This document shows positions 23,773 to 36,046 of a stretch of DNA of 64,000 bases, one piece after another (positions within the stretch are counted from its first letter, which is position 1; every line of letters starts with the position of its first letter). The translations under genes and the position numbers were made by a program. The stretch is from Malacoraja senta (Eukaryota). Location: assembly GCA_038087875.1 (NCBI GenBank), contig CM075997.1, positions 124,001 through 188,000 of the forward strand, read 5' to 3'. The notes beneath the pieces are model-generated. The model saw nothing but the letters and a program-made list of their open reading frames with translations, searched no databases and was not told the origin of the DNA.

Positions 23773-23843
23773 GCATTGGTGGATAAGTGGTACAATTCTT
23801 GCCTGCCACGCGGGAGGCCTGGGTTTGATTCCTGGCCAATGCT
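23773..23843 (+). pseudogene. tRNA-Gly(GCC) pseudogene
   Basis: GCATTGGTGGataAGTGGTAcAATTCTtGCCTGCCACGCGGGAGGCCtGGGTTtGATTCCtGGCCAATGC: about 8 changes from vertebrate tRNA-Gly-GCC, including the T-loop C and several CpG>TpG. Confidence 0.85.
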
Positions 23844-25904
23844 TTGTAGAATTATTATTTGTGTTACGTATAAATGTCCTGGACGTAAATGTAAATGCGT
23901 TGGTTAATATGTTTGGAGTCTGCACCGAAGTTCGTGGAGTTGCAGACTGTGAGGAAGGCTGTCAATGTACTCAGCAGGATATAGATCAGCTACAGAAATG
24001 GGTGGAGAAATGGTAGATGGAGTTTAAACTGTTCAGTTTGGTTTAATTTAGGGATACAGCATGGAAACGGGGCCTTTCGGCCCACTGAGTCTACAATCCC
24101 TGCACATTAACACTATCCTACACACAATTTACAAATATACCAAGCCAATGTCAAACCTGTATGTCTTGTATCTGTACGTATAGGTCGAGGTTGGATAGAC
24201 TTAGATTGTTTTCTCTGGAACGTCGGAGGTTGAGGGGAGACTTGACAGATATAAAATTGGGAGAAACATAGATAGACAGTCAGAACCTTTCTCCCAAGGC
24301 GGAAATATCCACCTCTAGAAGGCATAACAACAAGGTGAGAGGGGGAAAGTGTTTTTACACAGAGGGTGGTGGGTGCCTGGAACGCGCTGCCAGGAGTGGT
24401 GGTGGAAGTAGATACGATAGTGGTATTTAAGATGCCTTTGGAAGTGTAGGGAATAGAGGGATATGGATCATGTCAGGCAGGTGAGATCAGTTTGATTTGG
24501 CATAATGTTCAGCATGGACATAAAGGGCCGAAAGGTGCTGTATTGTTCTATGTTCTATGTTCAGAAGAAGGCTCTCGACCCAAAAAGGTAGGGTTGTGAA
24601 TCTGTGGAATTCTTAGCCACAAAAGGCTGTGGAGGCCAAATCAGTGGATATATTTAAGGCAGAGATTGACAGATTCTTGATTAGTACGGGTGTCAGAGGT
24701 TATGGGGAGAAGGCAGGAGAATGGGGTTAGGAGGGAGAGATAGATCAGCCATGATTGAATGGTGGAGTAGACTTGATGGGCTGAATGGCCTAATTCCACA
24801 CCTATTACTTACGAACATATGAAAACGTCACCCATTCCTTCTCTCCAGAGATGCTGCCTGACCCACTGAGTTACTCCAGCATTTTGTATCTATATTCTAT
24901 GTTCCATGTTCTATGTTCAATAACTAAGACTAAACCCAGGCATAAGTACATTTGCACGCTTGGGTCCGTCTCAAAGCAGGACATGATTAGCCACAAAATG
25001 TTGGAGTAACTCAGCGGGACAGGCAGCATCTCTGGAGAGAAGGAATGGGTGACATTGAGGGTCTCAACCCGAAACATCACCCATTCCTTCTCTCCAGAGA
25101 TGCTGCCTGTCCCGCTGAGTTACTCCAGCTTTTCGTGTCTATCTTTGGTTTGAACCAGCATCTGCAGTTCCTTCCGGAGCTGCTGTGGTTCTCTGTCTGC
25201 CTGCTGTTCCACATCCAGTTGCAACAGCTGGAATTGGAGCAGAGCACAGCTGGCCTGACCCTTTGGGAAGCGGCATGCAGGCCGATCGTGGGAGCAGAAC
25301 CACAGAACTGCCTTAACTTAACGTACAGTAGCCGCGGCTAATGTTTCTTCCATCAGCAAAGCCCAACAGACGTGGGCGGAGAATGGGAAACGTGTCCTTT
25401 TCTAACACCCAGTGTTAATTTTTGTTTAGGCACAAAGTGCTGGAGTAAACTCAGCGGGTCAGGCAGCATGTGGAGGAAAGGATCTTAGGCAGACCTAATA
25501 GAACGGATCTTCCAGTCATTATTTCCAGTTTAATTGGTTGTTTATTGAAGTAGTTGTACAAACAAAGAGATGAACGTACCCGGTTTTCCTTATTCTGCAT
25601 GCAAGTTGGCGCTGGCTGCTCTGTCCCTGGTCTGGTGAGAGCTGTATGCTCTGCTCCCTGTGACTGTTCCCTATGCCCCTATATATACACCACCCTGTGC
25701 ATCTATTGACCGCCCCCTAGTGTCCAAATTAATACTGCAAGATATATCTAGACAAAATAATGTAATATGCCAACAGTAGCTAGCCTAAACATAAATGGGT
25801 TCTACATGGAATCTGTGCAGGCTGATAAGAGTTGGTCTTGGTGTCATGTTTGCAACAGACATTATGGGCCAAAGGGCCTGTTGCTGTGCAGTGTTGGTCT
25901 ATAT

Positions 25905-26250
25905 TGCGACAGATGGCTAAGTGTTCGGCTGGCAACCGGAAGGTAGCTGGTTCGAATCCTGCTTGGAGTGCATACTGTCGTTGTGTCCTTGGGCAAGACA
26001 CTTCACCCACCTTTGCCTGCGTGTGAATGTGTGTGAATGTGTGTGAGTGATTGGTGGTGGTCGGAGGGGCCGTAGGCGCAGATTAGCAGCCACGCTTCCG
26101 TCAGTCTGCCCCAGGGCAGCTGTGGCTACAGAAGTAGCTCACCACCAACGAGTGTAACTGAGGAGTGAATGAATAATGCGATGTAAAGCGCCTTGAGTAT
26201 TAGAAAGGCGCTATATAAATCCCATCCATTATTATTATTATTATTATTAT
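25905..26250 (+). mobile_element. tRNA-derived CORE-type SINE with L2-like 3' tail
   Basis: B box GGTTCGAATCC, CORE-like GTGTCCTTGGGCAAGACACTT, tail TGTAAAGCGCCTTGAG...AAAGGCGCTATATAAAT...(ATT)n. Confidence 0.75.
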
Positions 26251-26322
26251 TCTATATAAAATTGGAATAGAACAATGGGAAGAAAAGGTGGAAGACAAAA
26301 AGAAGAAGTGAGAGCAGTAAAA

Positions 26323-26650
26323 AGAGAGATGGAAAGAGAGACAGAGAGAGGGACAGAGAGAGCGAGACAGAGAGAGGGACAGAGAGAGAGAGACAGAGAG
26401 AGGGACAGAGAGAGGGACAGAGAGAGAGGGACAGAGAGAGGGACAGAGAGAGGGACAGAGAGAGAGGCAGAGAGAGGGACAGAGAGAGAGACAGAGAGAG
26501 GGACAGAGAGAGAGAGAGAGACAGAGAGAGAGGGACAGAGAGGGAGGGACAGAGAGGGAGGGACAGAGAGAGAGTCAGAGAGTGAGAGACAAGAGAGGGA
26601 CAGAGAGAGAGACAAAGAGAGACATAGAGAGACAGAGAGAGAGAGAGAGA

Positions 26651-26700
<50 letters not shown>

Positions 26701-26868
26701 CAGAGACACACACAGACAGAGACAGAGAGATACGGGCAGAGAGAGAGAGAGAGAGGCAGGCAGACAGAGAGAGAGAGAGGCAGGCAGACAGAGAAAGAGA
26801 AAGAGAGAGAGAGAGAGAGAGAGGCAGGCAGGCAGAGAGAGGCAGAGAGAGAGAGAGAGAGAGAGAAG
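26323..26868. repeat. GA-rich/(CA)n microsatellite complex
   Basis: Directly visible. Confidence 0.97.
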
Positions 26869-27689
26869 GGAATGTGATAGACAGTGGAGGGAGACAGGGA
26901 CAGTAAGCACGCCAGTTTAATGATTTGTTCCCATTAGTGTTTAACATAAATATTTAAAGCAGGTAAAATGAAACCTGGCCAAGAACAACATGGTTGTCCA
27001 CAGTAAAACTTGACCCTGTGTTCAGTAAACATTCTCTGATAAATGCTGTCCACCAAACTATACAACTCGTTATGGGTGAGTGGAAGGTCAGAATTGTATT
27101 AAAGTTACTTGAAAACCACAGTGTAAAGAGATAAATGTCAGTAAATCTTAAGGCAGAGGGTGTTTCATCAGAACTGCGTCACAGGAGAACTATATCCAAA
27201 GGGCAACATTCTCCAATCATTTCGACATGTTATTGGTGTAGTGTCGTGCTTCATAAGTGATAGGAGCAGAATTAGGCCATTCGGCCCATCAAGTCTACTC
27301 CGCCATTCAATCATGGCTGATCTAACTCTCCCTCCTAACCCCATTCTCTTGCCTTCTAGCCATAATCCTGACACCCGTACTAATCAAGAATTTATTGATC
27401 TATGCGTTAAAAATACCCATTGACTTGGCCTCCACCGCCATCTATGGCAAAGAATTCCACAGCTTCGCCACCATCGGACTAAAGGAATTCCTCCTCATCT
27501 CTTTCCTAAAGGAACGTCTTTTAATTCTGAGACTGTGCCCTCTGGTCCTAGACGCTCCCTCTAGTGGAAACATTCTCTCCACATCCACTCTACCCGGGCC
27601 TTTCACTATTAGTTTTAGTTCATAGATACAGGTTGGAAACAAGCCCTTTGCCCCACCGAGCCCATCACAACCATCAATCACCCATTCAC

Positions 27690-28089
27690 ACCAAAGGTCC
27701 TATAGCGACCAAGGTAGACCACTCGACGAAAAAGACGTAGTACGGTTAAGGGGAAGATTCATGGGTAATTTTCGGCCCCATTTCCGTAACCGGCTTCCGT
27801 CTCCACACCAAAGATCCCATAGGATACTAGTGCGGAGACTGAAGCAGGTTACGGAAACATCCTCGGAAAATTAAAAGTTATTTGGTAAAAATCTTCTCCT
27901 CATTTTCAGAATTTTAATTTATTAACACAGACTGTTCCCCCGCAACGTTGATTACACTGCGAGTCGGGTCGGGTCCGGTTACGGAAATGGATGAAAAAAA
28001 GGCCCACGTTCCGCTCCGGTGCGTACTACACGTCAGCCCATTGCATTTAGAAGGAGTGGTCTATCTTGCTCCGCGATAGGATCTTTGGT
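27690..28089. mobile_element. MITE-like non-autonomous DNA element with ~35-bp imperfect TIRs
   Basis: Left ACCAAAGGTCCTATAGCGACCAAGGTAGACCACTC versus reverse complement of right end ACCAAAGATCCTATCGCGGAGCAAGATAGACCACTC; internal CATTTCCGTAACCGG inverted repeats. Confidence 0.75.
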
Positions 28090-30040
28090 CAGGATCACAG
28101 ACCTTCATGGTTAGATCAAGATCCCTGCACCTACAACAACTGGACTTGGAAATGGTGCCAAACCGGCGACTCTGTATACCCTAAAAGTCACCCATTCCTT
28201 ATCTCCAGAGATGCTTATCTAAGATCTAAAGATGTATCTAAGTGCTTATGTACAGTGATATTTGTACTGAACTGTATACAAAAATGAATTTGACTGTACC
28301 TCGGTACATGTGACAAATAACGTCCCGTGCCACACTCTACATGAGTGAGCTCATGTGAAGTTCTGGAGACTCGAGGAACTGCAGATGCTGGAATCAAGCA
28401 AGACACAAAGTGCAGGAGGAGTAGCTCAGCAGGACAGGCAGCATCTCTGGAGATAAGGAATGGGTGACTTTTAGGGTCGAGACCCTTCTTCAGGCCAGTC
28501 TGAAGAAGGGTCTCGATCCGAAACGTCACCCATTCCTTCTCTCCAGAGAGGCTGCCTGTCCCGCTGAGTTACTCCAGCATTTTGTGTCTATCTTTGGTTT
28601 CAACCTGCATCTGCAGTTCCTGCCTACACATTTAGTATGCAGCTAACCCTTTTTTGGGCTTCTATCTTCAGTTTGTGTGAGTGTTTGTGTTTTTGTTTTA
28701 AAATAGTTTTATTAAAAGCAACAACCACAAAAATCTTTAAGTTGAGTTGTTGTTCTCTATGTTCTGGATGTTCTCCAAAACTTGTGGTGTGGTCTGGTCT
28801 CAGGAGAGCAGTGAGTCAATGGTCATATGGTTCTACTGCAGTTGTACAGGGCCCTGGTGACACCACACCTGGAGTATTCTAGTTTCACCAGGTTAATTCC
28901 CGGGATGGCGGGACTGACATATAATGTAAGAATGGCTCAACTGGGCTTGCATTCACTGGAATTTAGAAGCATGAGAGGGGATCTTATAGAAACATATACA
29001 ATTCTTAAAGGATTGGACAGGCTAGATGCCGGAAAAATGTTCCCCATGTTGGAGGAGTCCCGAACCAGGGGACACAGTTTAAGATTAAAGGGTAGGCCAT
29101 TTAGGATTGTGAAGAGGAAAAACTTTTTTTCCGAAGGGCCTGTTTCCACGCTGTATCTCTAAACTAAACCGAGCTAACCTTTACATGCAATCTTTAATTT
29201 CCCTTGGAGGATTTAATGAAGCAAGTTCCCAGATATTAATATCAAATCCTTGAATAGTTGAGAGTTTCAAAATGGGAGAGAAAACTTTGGAGGAAGTGGT
29301 CTCCATTTGTGGAGGGGTTTGTGATCATGGTGAGCTCAGTACAAGACTATGCTTGATTTTGAAAGTACTACTTGATCTCTTGACCCAGCAGGGTTTGAAT
29401 GAAAGGACTATAGTCTGTCTTAATAATACTTTTAACATATTTGTGAGACACTGCGTAAACATGGCATTTGCTTCAATAGGTTGCATGTCAACTGATGCTA
29501 ATCCTTTCTTTGGCAAAATATCATTCGATAACATATAGTTTGTTCCAGTATTTGGATTAAATTCTCACTGTATTTAACTCTTTTGTTATCTGTTGGGTAA
29601 AGTTCTTGCATTTTCCACACGTCAAAATGATTTGCAGCCAGAGAACTTTGATCGTATAGAAACATACAAAATTCTTAAGGGATTGGACAGGCTAGATGCA
29701 GGAAAAATGTTCCCCATGTTGGGGGAGTCCAGAACCAGGGGGGTCACAGTTTAAGCATAAGGGGTGGGCCATTTACGCCTGAGATGAGGGAAAACTTTTT
29801 CACCCAGAGAGCTGTGATGTTTTCAAGAGAGAGTTAGATTTAGCTCTAAGGGCTAAAGGAATCTTGGTACTGATTTTGGATGATGAACCATGATCATATT
29901 GAATGCGGTGCTGGCTCGAAGGGTCGAATAGCCTACTCCTGCACCTATTTTCTATGTTTCTATGAAATGCAGTTACTCTTGGAGTGTAGAAAATTGGTGG
30001 GTGGATTTGTATACAGTAATATCCTATAAACAGCCATTAA

Positions 30041-30345
30041 GATGGTGACACAGCGGGTAGAGCTGCTGCCTCACAGCGCCTGAGACCCAGGTTTGACCCT
30101 GACTAAGGCTGCTGTCTGTACGGAGTTTGTACGTTCTTCATGTGACCTGCGTGGGTTTCCTCCAGGTGCTCCGGCTTCCTACCACACTCCAAAGACGTGC
30201 GGGCGTGTAGGTTAATTGGCTCTGTAAAACAAAATTGTCCCTAGTGTGTGTAGGATAATGCTAGTGTACGGGGTGATCGCTAGTCGGTGCCGAACGGGTG
30301 GGCCGTAGGGTCTGTTTCCACGCTGTATCTCTAAACTAAACTAAA
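30041..30345 (+). mobile_element. HE1/V-SINE-like element
   Basis: Same family as 1912-2222; (CTAAA)n tail. Further copies at approx 12765-13000, 30745-31026, 33783-33990, 40082-40362, 42044-42351, 46462-46767, 47317-47600, 47839-48120, 51388-51692, 57640-57930, 60330-60636. Confidence 0.8.
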
Positions 30346-31885
30346 CATTTTGTTTAATGTCATTTTTCTTGAATACATTTGTTTATTGGCTGTGAAAACA
30401 TTGCCGATTAGGAAACACATTTGGTTCACTTAGTGGTCAAAAGTAATAAACTGTATTTGGTGATAATGGAGTGTTAAGTATTCGAGAGGGTTCCTTCTGC
30501 CCTTATTGTTGAATAGTTTGGAATTTAGAGCATTTGGCCAACCACACCCATTCCATCCTAAAAGGACATTTATTTGAATCCCTTTTTTACAACTTTCTGT
30601 CTGTGGCTAAAAAGATCACAATTCTTCAACTACACGTCCAGATGCAGTTTAACTCCAGCAGCCTCGCACACAGGGAGCTCCGAACCCCAGTCTCTTGTTG
30701 AGTCAAATCATCTTTCTTTCTCAATTCTAATTCCTATAAATGGGTGGCACTGTGGCTCAGTGGTAGAGTTGCTGCCTTACAGCGCTTGCAGCACTGGAGA
30801 CCCGGGTTCCATCCTGACTACGGGTGCTGTCTGTACAGAGTTTGTCAGAGATCTTTGGTTTCCTCCCACACTCCAAAGACGTACAAGTTTGTAGGTTAAT
30901 TGGTTTGGTGTATGTGTAAATTGTCTCTACTGTATGGATAGTGTTAATATGCGGGGATCGCTGGTTGGAGAGGAGTCGTTGGGCCGAGGGGCCTGTTTCC
31001 ACACTGTTTCTCCAAACTAAACTAAATCCATGCCCCTTAATTTCTGACCTGCTTTAGTAGAGAGAGACACAGAATACTGGAGTAACTCAGCGGGCCAGGC
31101 AGCATCTCTGGGGAGAAGGGATGGGTAACGTTTCGGGTCAAGACTTTCAGACTATGCTATACATCAGTAGAATAGGTAGTGCAAAGAGAGCATATACGCA
31201 GAGTGCAGAATATAGTATTACAGCCACAGAGAAAGTGCAGATTTTTTTTAAAGTGCATGGGCTGCTACAAGGTAGGTTGGAAGATTGGGGATTCATCCCG
31301 AGCATATGTTCGTTCAAAAAGTTTGAAAACAGCATCGACCGAGACATCTTGGAGAATTCACCCAGTCTCGAAGAATGTATTGAGGTAAGGAAGATGTTGT
31401 CAAGCTGGAATGGGTACAGAGAAGATTTACGATGATGTTGCCAAGACTAGAGGGTGTGAGGTATAGGGAGAGGTTGAGTAGGCTGGGACTCTATTCCCTG
31501 GAGCGCAGGAGGATGAGGGGTGATCTTATAGAAGTGTACAAAATCATAAGAGGAATAGATTGTGTAGATGCCAGAGTCTCTTGCCTAGAGTAGGTGAATC
31601 GAGGACCAGAGGACATAGGTTTAAGGTGTAGAGGAAAAGATTTAATAGGAATCTGAGGGGTAACTTTTTCACACAAAGGGTGGTGGGTGTATGGAACGAG
31701 CTGCCAGAGGCTGGGTCTATCACAACCTTTAAGAAACAGTTAGACAGGTACATGGATAGGACAGGTTTGGAGGGATATGGGCCAAACGCGGGCAGGTGGG
31801 ACTAGTGTAGATGGGACATGTTGGCCGGTGTGGGCAAGTTGGACCGAAGGTCCTGTTTCCACCTTGTATCACTCTATGAATCTAA

Positions 31886-32233
31886 AGGGCCTGTCCCACT
31901 TACGTGACCTTTACAGGAGACTGCCAGCACCCGTCAAAGGTCGCCGAAATTTTTCAACATGTTGAAAATTCAACGGCGACCAGAAAGACGTTAGGACTCT
32001 TTGGGTGACTAGGAGATCTCTCACGACCATACAGATGACCCCTGGTGACATGTTGCCGGATGTCACCAGGGGGCATGTCGCCAGGGGTCCCCTGTATGGT
32101 TGTGAGAGATCTCCTAGTCACCCAAAGAGTCTTTCTGGTCGCCGCCGAATTTTCAACATGTTGAAAAATTTTCGCCGACCTATGTCGGGTGCCGGCGGTC
32201 GCCTGTAAAGGTCGCGTAAGTGGGACAGGCCCT
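31886..32233. mobile_element. Palindromic MITE, PIF/Harbinger-like
   Basis: TIR AGGGCCTGTCCCACTTACG...CGTAAGTGGGACAGGCCCT, TAA TSD on both sides, nearly fully self-complementary. Confidence 0.85.
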
Positions 32234-32734
32234 TAAGGGGAAAGTTCCCTGGCCAACATTTGCTCTTCACCCAACAACATTGCCAATGCAGGTGATAGAG
32301 CCAGGGAGTGATACAGTGTGGAAACTGGTTTGTGTTATAACTGTTGTTTCACAGGGGTTTGCAGTGGACAAATTAACTAAATTATAACAGAAATTAATCT
32401 TCAAAGAAAGCCTATAAAACAGGAAGGGATATCTTGAAAGGGGCGTGAGATTAAATCCTTCTTTCCCACTGAGTACAACCATAAATCACATAGAAGCTGT
32501 CTCTGTGCTCTTGACATTGTCCACGTAGTGAATTCAGTAAAGATTCGGGCTACACCCACTGTGCACTTAGACAGCTGACCAGAGGAATTCCTCTCATTCG
32601 TCTCTGTGTGCAAGTGTAGTGTTGTGCGTTTCATAAACCGTGGACGAAGGGCCTCAGCCTCTGCGACGTCTTCTTCAAGTGTGGGTTGTAATGTGGGAGT
32701 GGTCACCAAGTCATACCAGGATCCTAGAGGGTGG

Positions 32735-33210
32735 AAACAGCAAACTGCAGATGCTGGTTAATACACGACACAAAGTGCTGGAGTAACTCAGCGGGACAGG
32801 CAGCATCTCTGGAGACGAGGAATGGGTGACGTTTGGGGTCGAGACCCTTCTTCAGACTGATGTCAGGGGAGATAAAATGTAGGCAGAGACAGTTAGACTG
32901 GTGGGAGAACTGGGAAGGAGGAGGGGATGGAGAAAGAAGGAAAGCAAGGGCTATTTGAAATTGGAGAAGTCAATGTTCATACCGCTGGGGTGTAAGCTGC
33001 CCATGCAAAATATGAGGTGCTGTTCCTCCAATTTGCGCTGGGCCTCACTCTGACAATGGAGGAGGCCCAGGACAGAAAGGTCAGTGTGGGAGTTGGAGGG
33101 GGAGTTAAAGTGCTGAGTAATTGGGAGATCATGCAGGTTAAGACAGACTGAGCGAAACGATTGGCGAGCCTGCGCTTGGTGACATTGCGGGTCGAGACCC
33201 TTCTTCAGAC
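32735..33210 (-). mobile_element. Penelope-like element 3' remnant (GIY-YIG C-terminus plus terminal repeat with hammerhead motif)
   Basis: PITQHFNSPSNSHTDLSVLGLLHCQSEAQRKLEEQHLIFCMGSLHPSGMNIDF resembles the PLE GIY-YIG end; followed on the same strand by CTGAAGAAGGGTCTCGACCCCAAACGTC and the ubiquitous GATGCTGCCTGTCCCGCTGAGTTACTCCAGC repeat. Confidence 0.8.
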
Positions 33211-33993
33211 CCTCTGACTGATCGGTAACTCTACATCCATCAGTTCTCTGGTGCAATTGGGACAATTAGTGTGATGGTCGAGATTGTCCACATCTCACGA
33301 TCGAATAAAAATGAAAAACGCACATCAGCAAAGACCAGAATTATGTATAAACTCTTTACTAACGAGCGTACCAAACTCTTCAATGTCAATCATTTCAAAA
33401 TATGCTTCCAAGGTATAATCTACATTCAAAGATCTGAATTCAAGTCACTCTTATAGGCTGCAACAAAGAGTGATCATTACAGTACAATGGATGAATCTTT
33501 CACATTCGTTGGATGTGCTAAGACCTACTCAGTGCTGGACGTTCCAAATCCCATCAATAATCCGTGCCAGCTCATCTGCACAAACAAACAAATAAAATAG
33601 GAGTGTGTAGGAAGGAACTGCAGATGCTGGTTTACAAGGTACTACTGAAGAAATTAAATGGAATGAAATGGTGACAAATCCCAGGACCAGATGACCTGTG
33701 TACCAGGAGGTTTGGAAGATGGAGAAGCACTGTTTGTCATCTGATGGAGGTCCATACAATGTCGAACAGTTCCCAGACCCATGGTGGCACGGTAGCGCAG
33801 TGGTAGAGCTGCTGCCTCACAGCGCCAGAGACCACGGTTCGATCCTGCCTACAGGTGCTGTCTGTATGGAGTTTGTACGTTCTCCCTGTGACCGGGTGGG
33901 AGAACGTACAGGTTTGTAGGCTAATTGGCTTCGGTAAATTTGTAAAGTGTCCCTAGTGTGTAGGATAGTGCTAGTTTACAGGGTGGTCGCTGG

Positions 33994-34574
33994 TGCCTGG
34001 TGTAATAGTTCTTAGAGTAACAGTCCCTCGAGTAACAGTGTCTGGAGTAATAGTGTCTGGAGTAACAGTCCCTGGAATAATAGTTCCTGGAGTAACAATG
34101 CTTGGAGTAACATCATTTGGAATAACAATCCCTGGAGTTAAGGTCCCTGGAGTAACTGTATCTGGAGCAACAGTGTCTGTAGTAACGGCATCTGGAGTGA
34201 CATTTTCTGAAATAACAGTGTCTAGAAACAGTACTTGGAGTAATAAGGCCTGGAGTAACAGTCCCAATAGTAAAGTGCCATTAATAACAGTGCCTGGAAT
34301 AAGTGCTAGGAGTAACAGTGGCTAGAGTAACGGTGTCTGTAGCAACAGTCCCTAGAGTAACAGTCCCTGGAGTAACAGTGCTTGGAGTAAGTGTCTGTGA
34401 TAACAGTGCCTGGAGTAACAGCATCTGCAGTAACAGTGCTTGAAGTAACAGTGCTTGGAGTAACAGTCTCTGGAGTAACAGTCTGGAATAACAGTGCTTG
34501 GAGTAACAGCGCTTGGAGTAACAGCGTCCGGAGTAACAGTGACCAGAGTAACAATGCATGGAGTAACAGTCTGG
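33994..34574. repeat. 15-bp minisatellite (GAGTAACAGTGCCTG-like), ~38 degenerate units
   Basis: Directly visible 15-nt period. Confidence 0.92.
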
Positions 34575-36046
34575 AAAGGTTTAGAGGGATATGAGTCTAA
34601 CCTGGGCAAATGGCACCAGTTTAGATCTTGGTCAGCATTGGTAAAATTGGGCCAAAGGACCTCTTTCTGCACTGTATGACTCTATGACTCTAATTGGTGG
34701 AGAAGACAAGTGAGGCAAGTAAACAACAGGCAAAGAAGCATCTCAATAAATATAAGCAAGACTTGATCAAGCATTGGTGGACAAATTCAAGGCAGGTCGG
34801 AACGAGTTCAAGGTCCAAGCCCTTGTGTTGAGTTCATTGAGTTAATCTAATGCCATAGTTGGGAAAGGATTATAGTCCAACTGAGATGGAAGGAATGGTA
34901 GTATAGTGTTAGGCTACTGGACTAATAAATGCAGGGCTAATGATCTGATAGATATTAGTTCAAATCCCATCATGGTGACTGGATTATTACAACCTAATTA
35001 ATTAAATAAGAACTTTCTATCGGTACTGATGGTCTCAAAGCCTTGTCAGACATGGAGGGAAGAGAATGTACTGATTGGGCCCAGGTCTGATCCAAGACCA
35101 GGGATGGTTGGACCAACCATGCAGGAAATGGTAATAAATAATCTCCTTCTCCACACATTGCGTGAGTGAATAAATAAAACAGAACCATCTATGCTACAGC
35201 AGGAGGCCTTGTGGTCCATCGTGTCCATACTAGCTGCTAAAGTTAATCCCACTTTGGTCTATTGGCCTTGTTGGTGGTGGCATCCCATGTGCCCGGTGAG
35301 TGTTCGTCCCCCATTGGACTGGGGTTGGGGTGGGTGGGAAATCGCCCAATGCCCTTTGCCTTGGCACAAGGAAGGAACGGTAGTTGGGGGTGGAAGAACT
35401 CAATCTGTTCAAGAAGGAACTGCAGATGCTGGAAAATCAAAGGTACACAAAAATGCTGGAGAAACTCAGCGGGTGCAGCAGCATCTATGGAGCGAAGGGA
35501 ATAGGCGACATTTCAGGCCGAAACCCTTCTTCACACTGATGCATGGTGTGGGGGGCAGGAAGAAGAAAGGAAGAGGAGGAGCCCAAGGGCTGAGGGAGAG
35601 CTGAGAAGGGGACGAGACAGCAAGGACTTTGAAGAAGTCAATGTTCAGGCCACTGGGATGCAGACCAGGGATTGGCAAGGAGCCTGAGGGACGAAGACCT
35701 TTGGAGGCAATGGAGGCTTTGACTGACCTTCAAGTAACAATCAAACGTCATGGAGCTCAGCCGTCTTCCAATTGGCACAGAGGGAGCGCCATGTTGCCAA
35801 GGAGGGCGGTCAATAGCGGGAAAGGGGCAGAGGTCACAGGGCATGACCTCCTGGGTCTTGATCGCCAGGCCTTGGCCACCATGGAGAGACATGGTGGTGA
35901 TAAAGGGTCGTGAGAGAAAGGACCAGCAGTGGGATCATTCAAACAGTTGGAATTAAATAACTTCTTGTTGTTTTAACCTTAACGTGGATGGGAATGTTAT
36001 AAAAAAAATACATTGATAAACGCAGCCGTCCCACAACCCTTGGATT

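Noticed and set aside
26247..26947. RE/SL-repeat ORFs
   Set aside because: GA/CA microsatellite
29170..29650. Unique-looking AT-rich stretch with short ORFs
   Set aside because: No recognisable protein motif or splice pattern
33971..34672. (TVTPG)n mucin/antifreeze-like ORFs
   Set aside because: 15-bp minisatellite with frameshifts and no start or splice context
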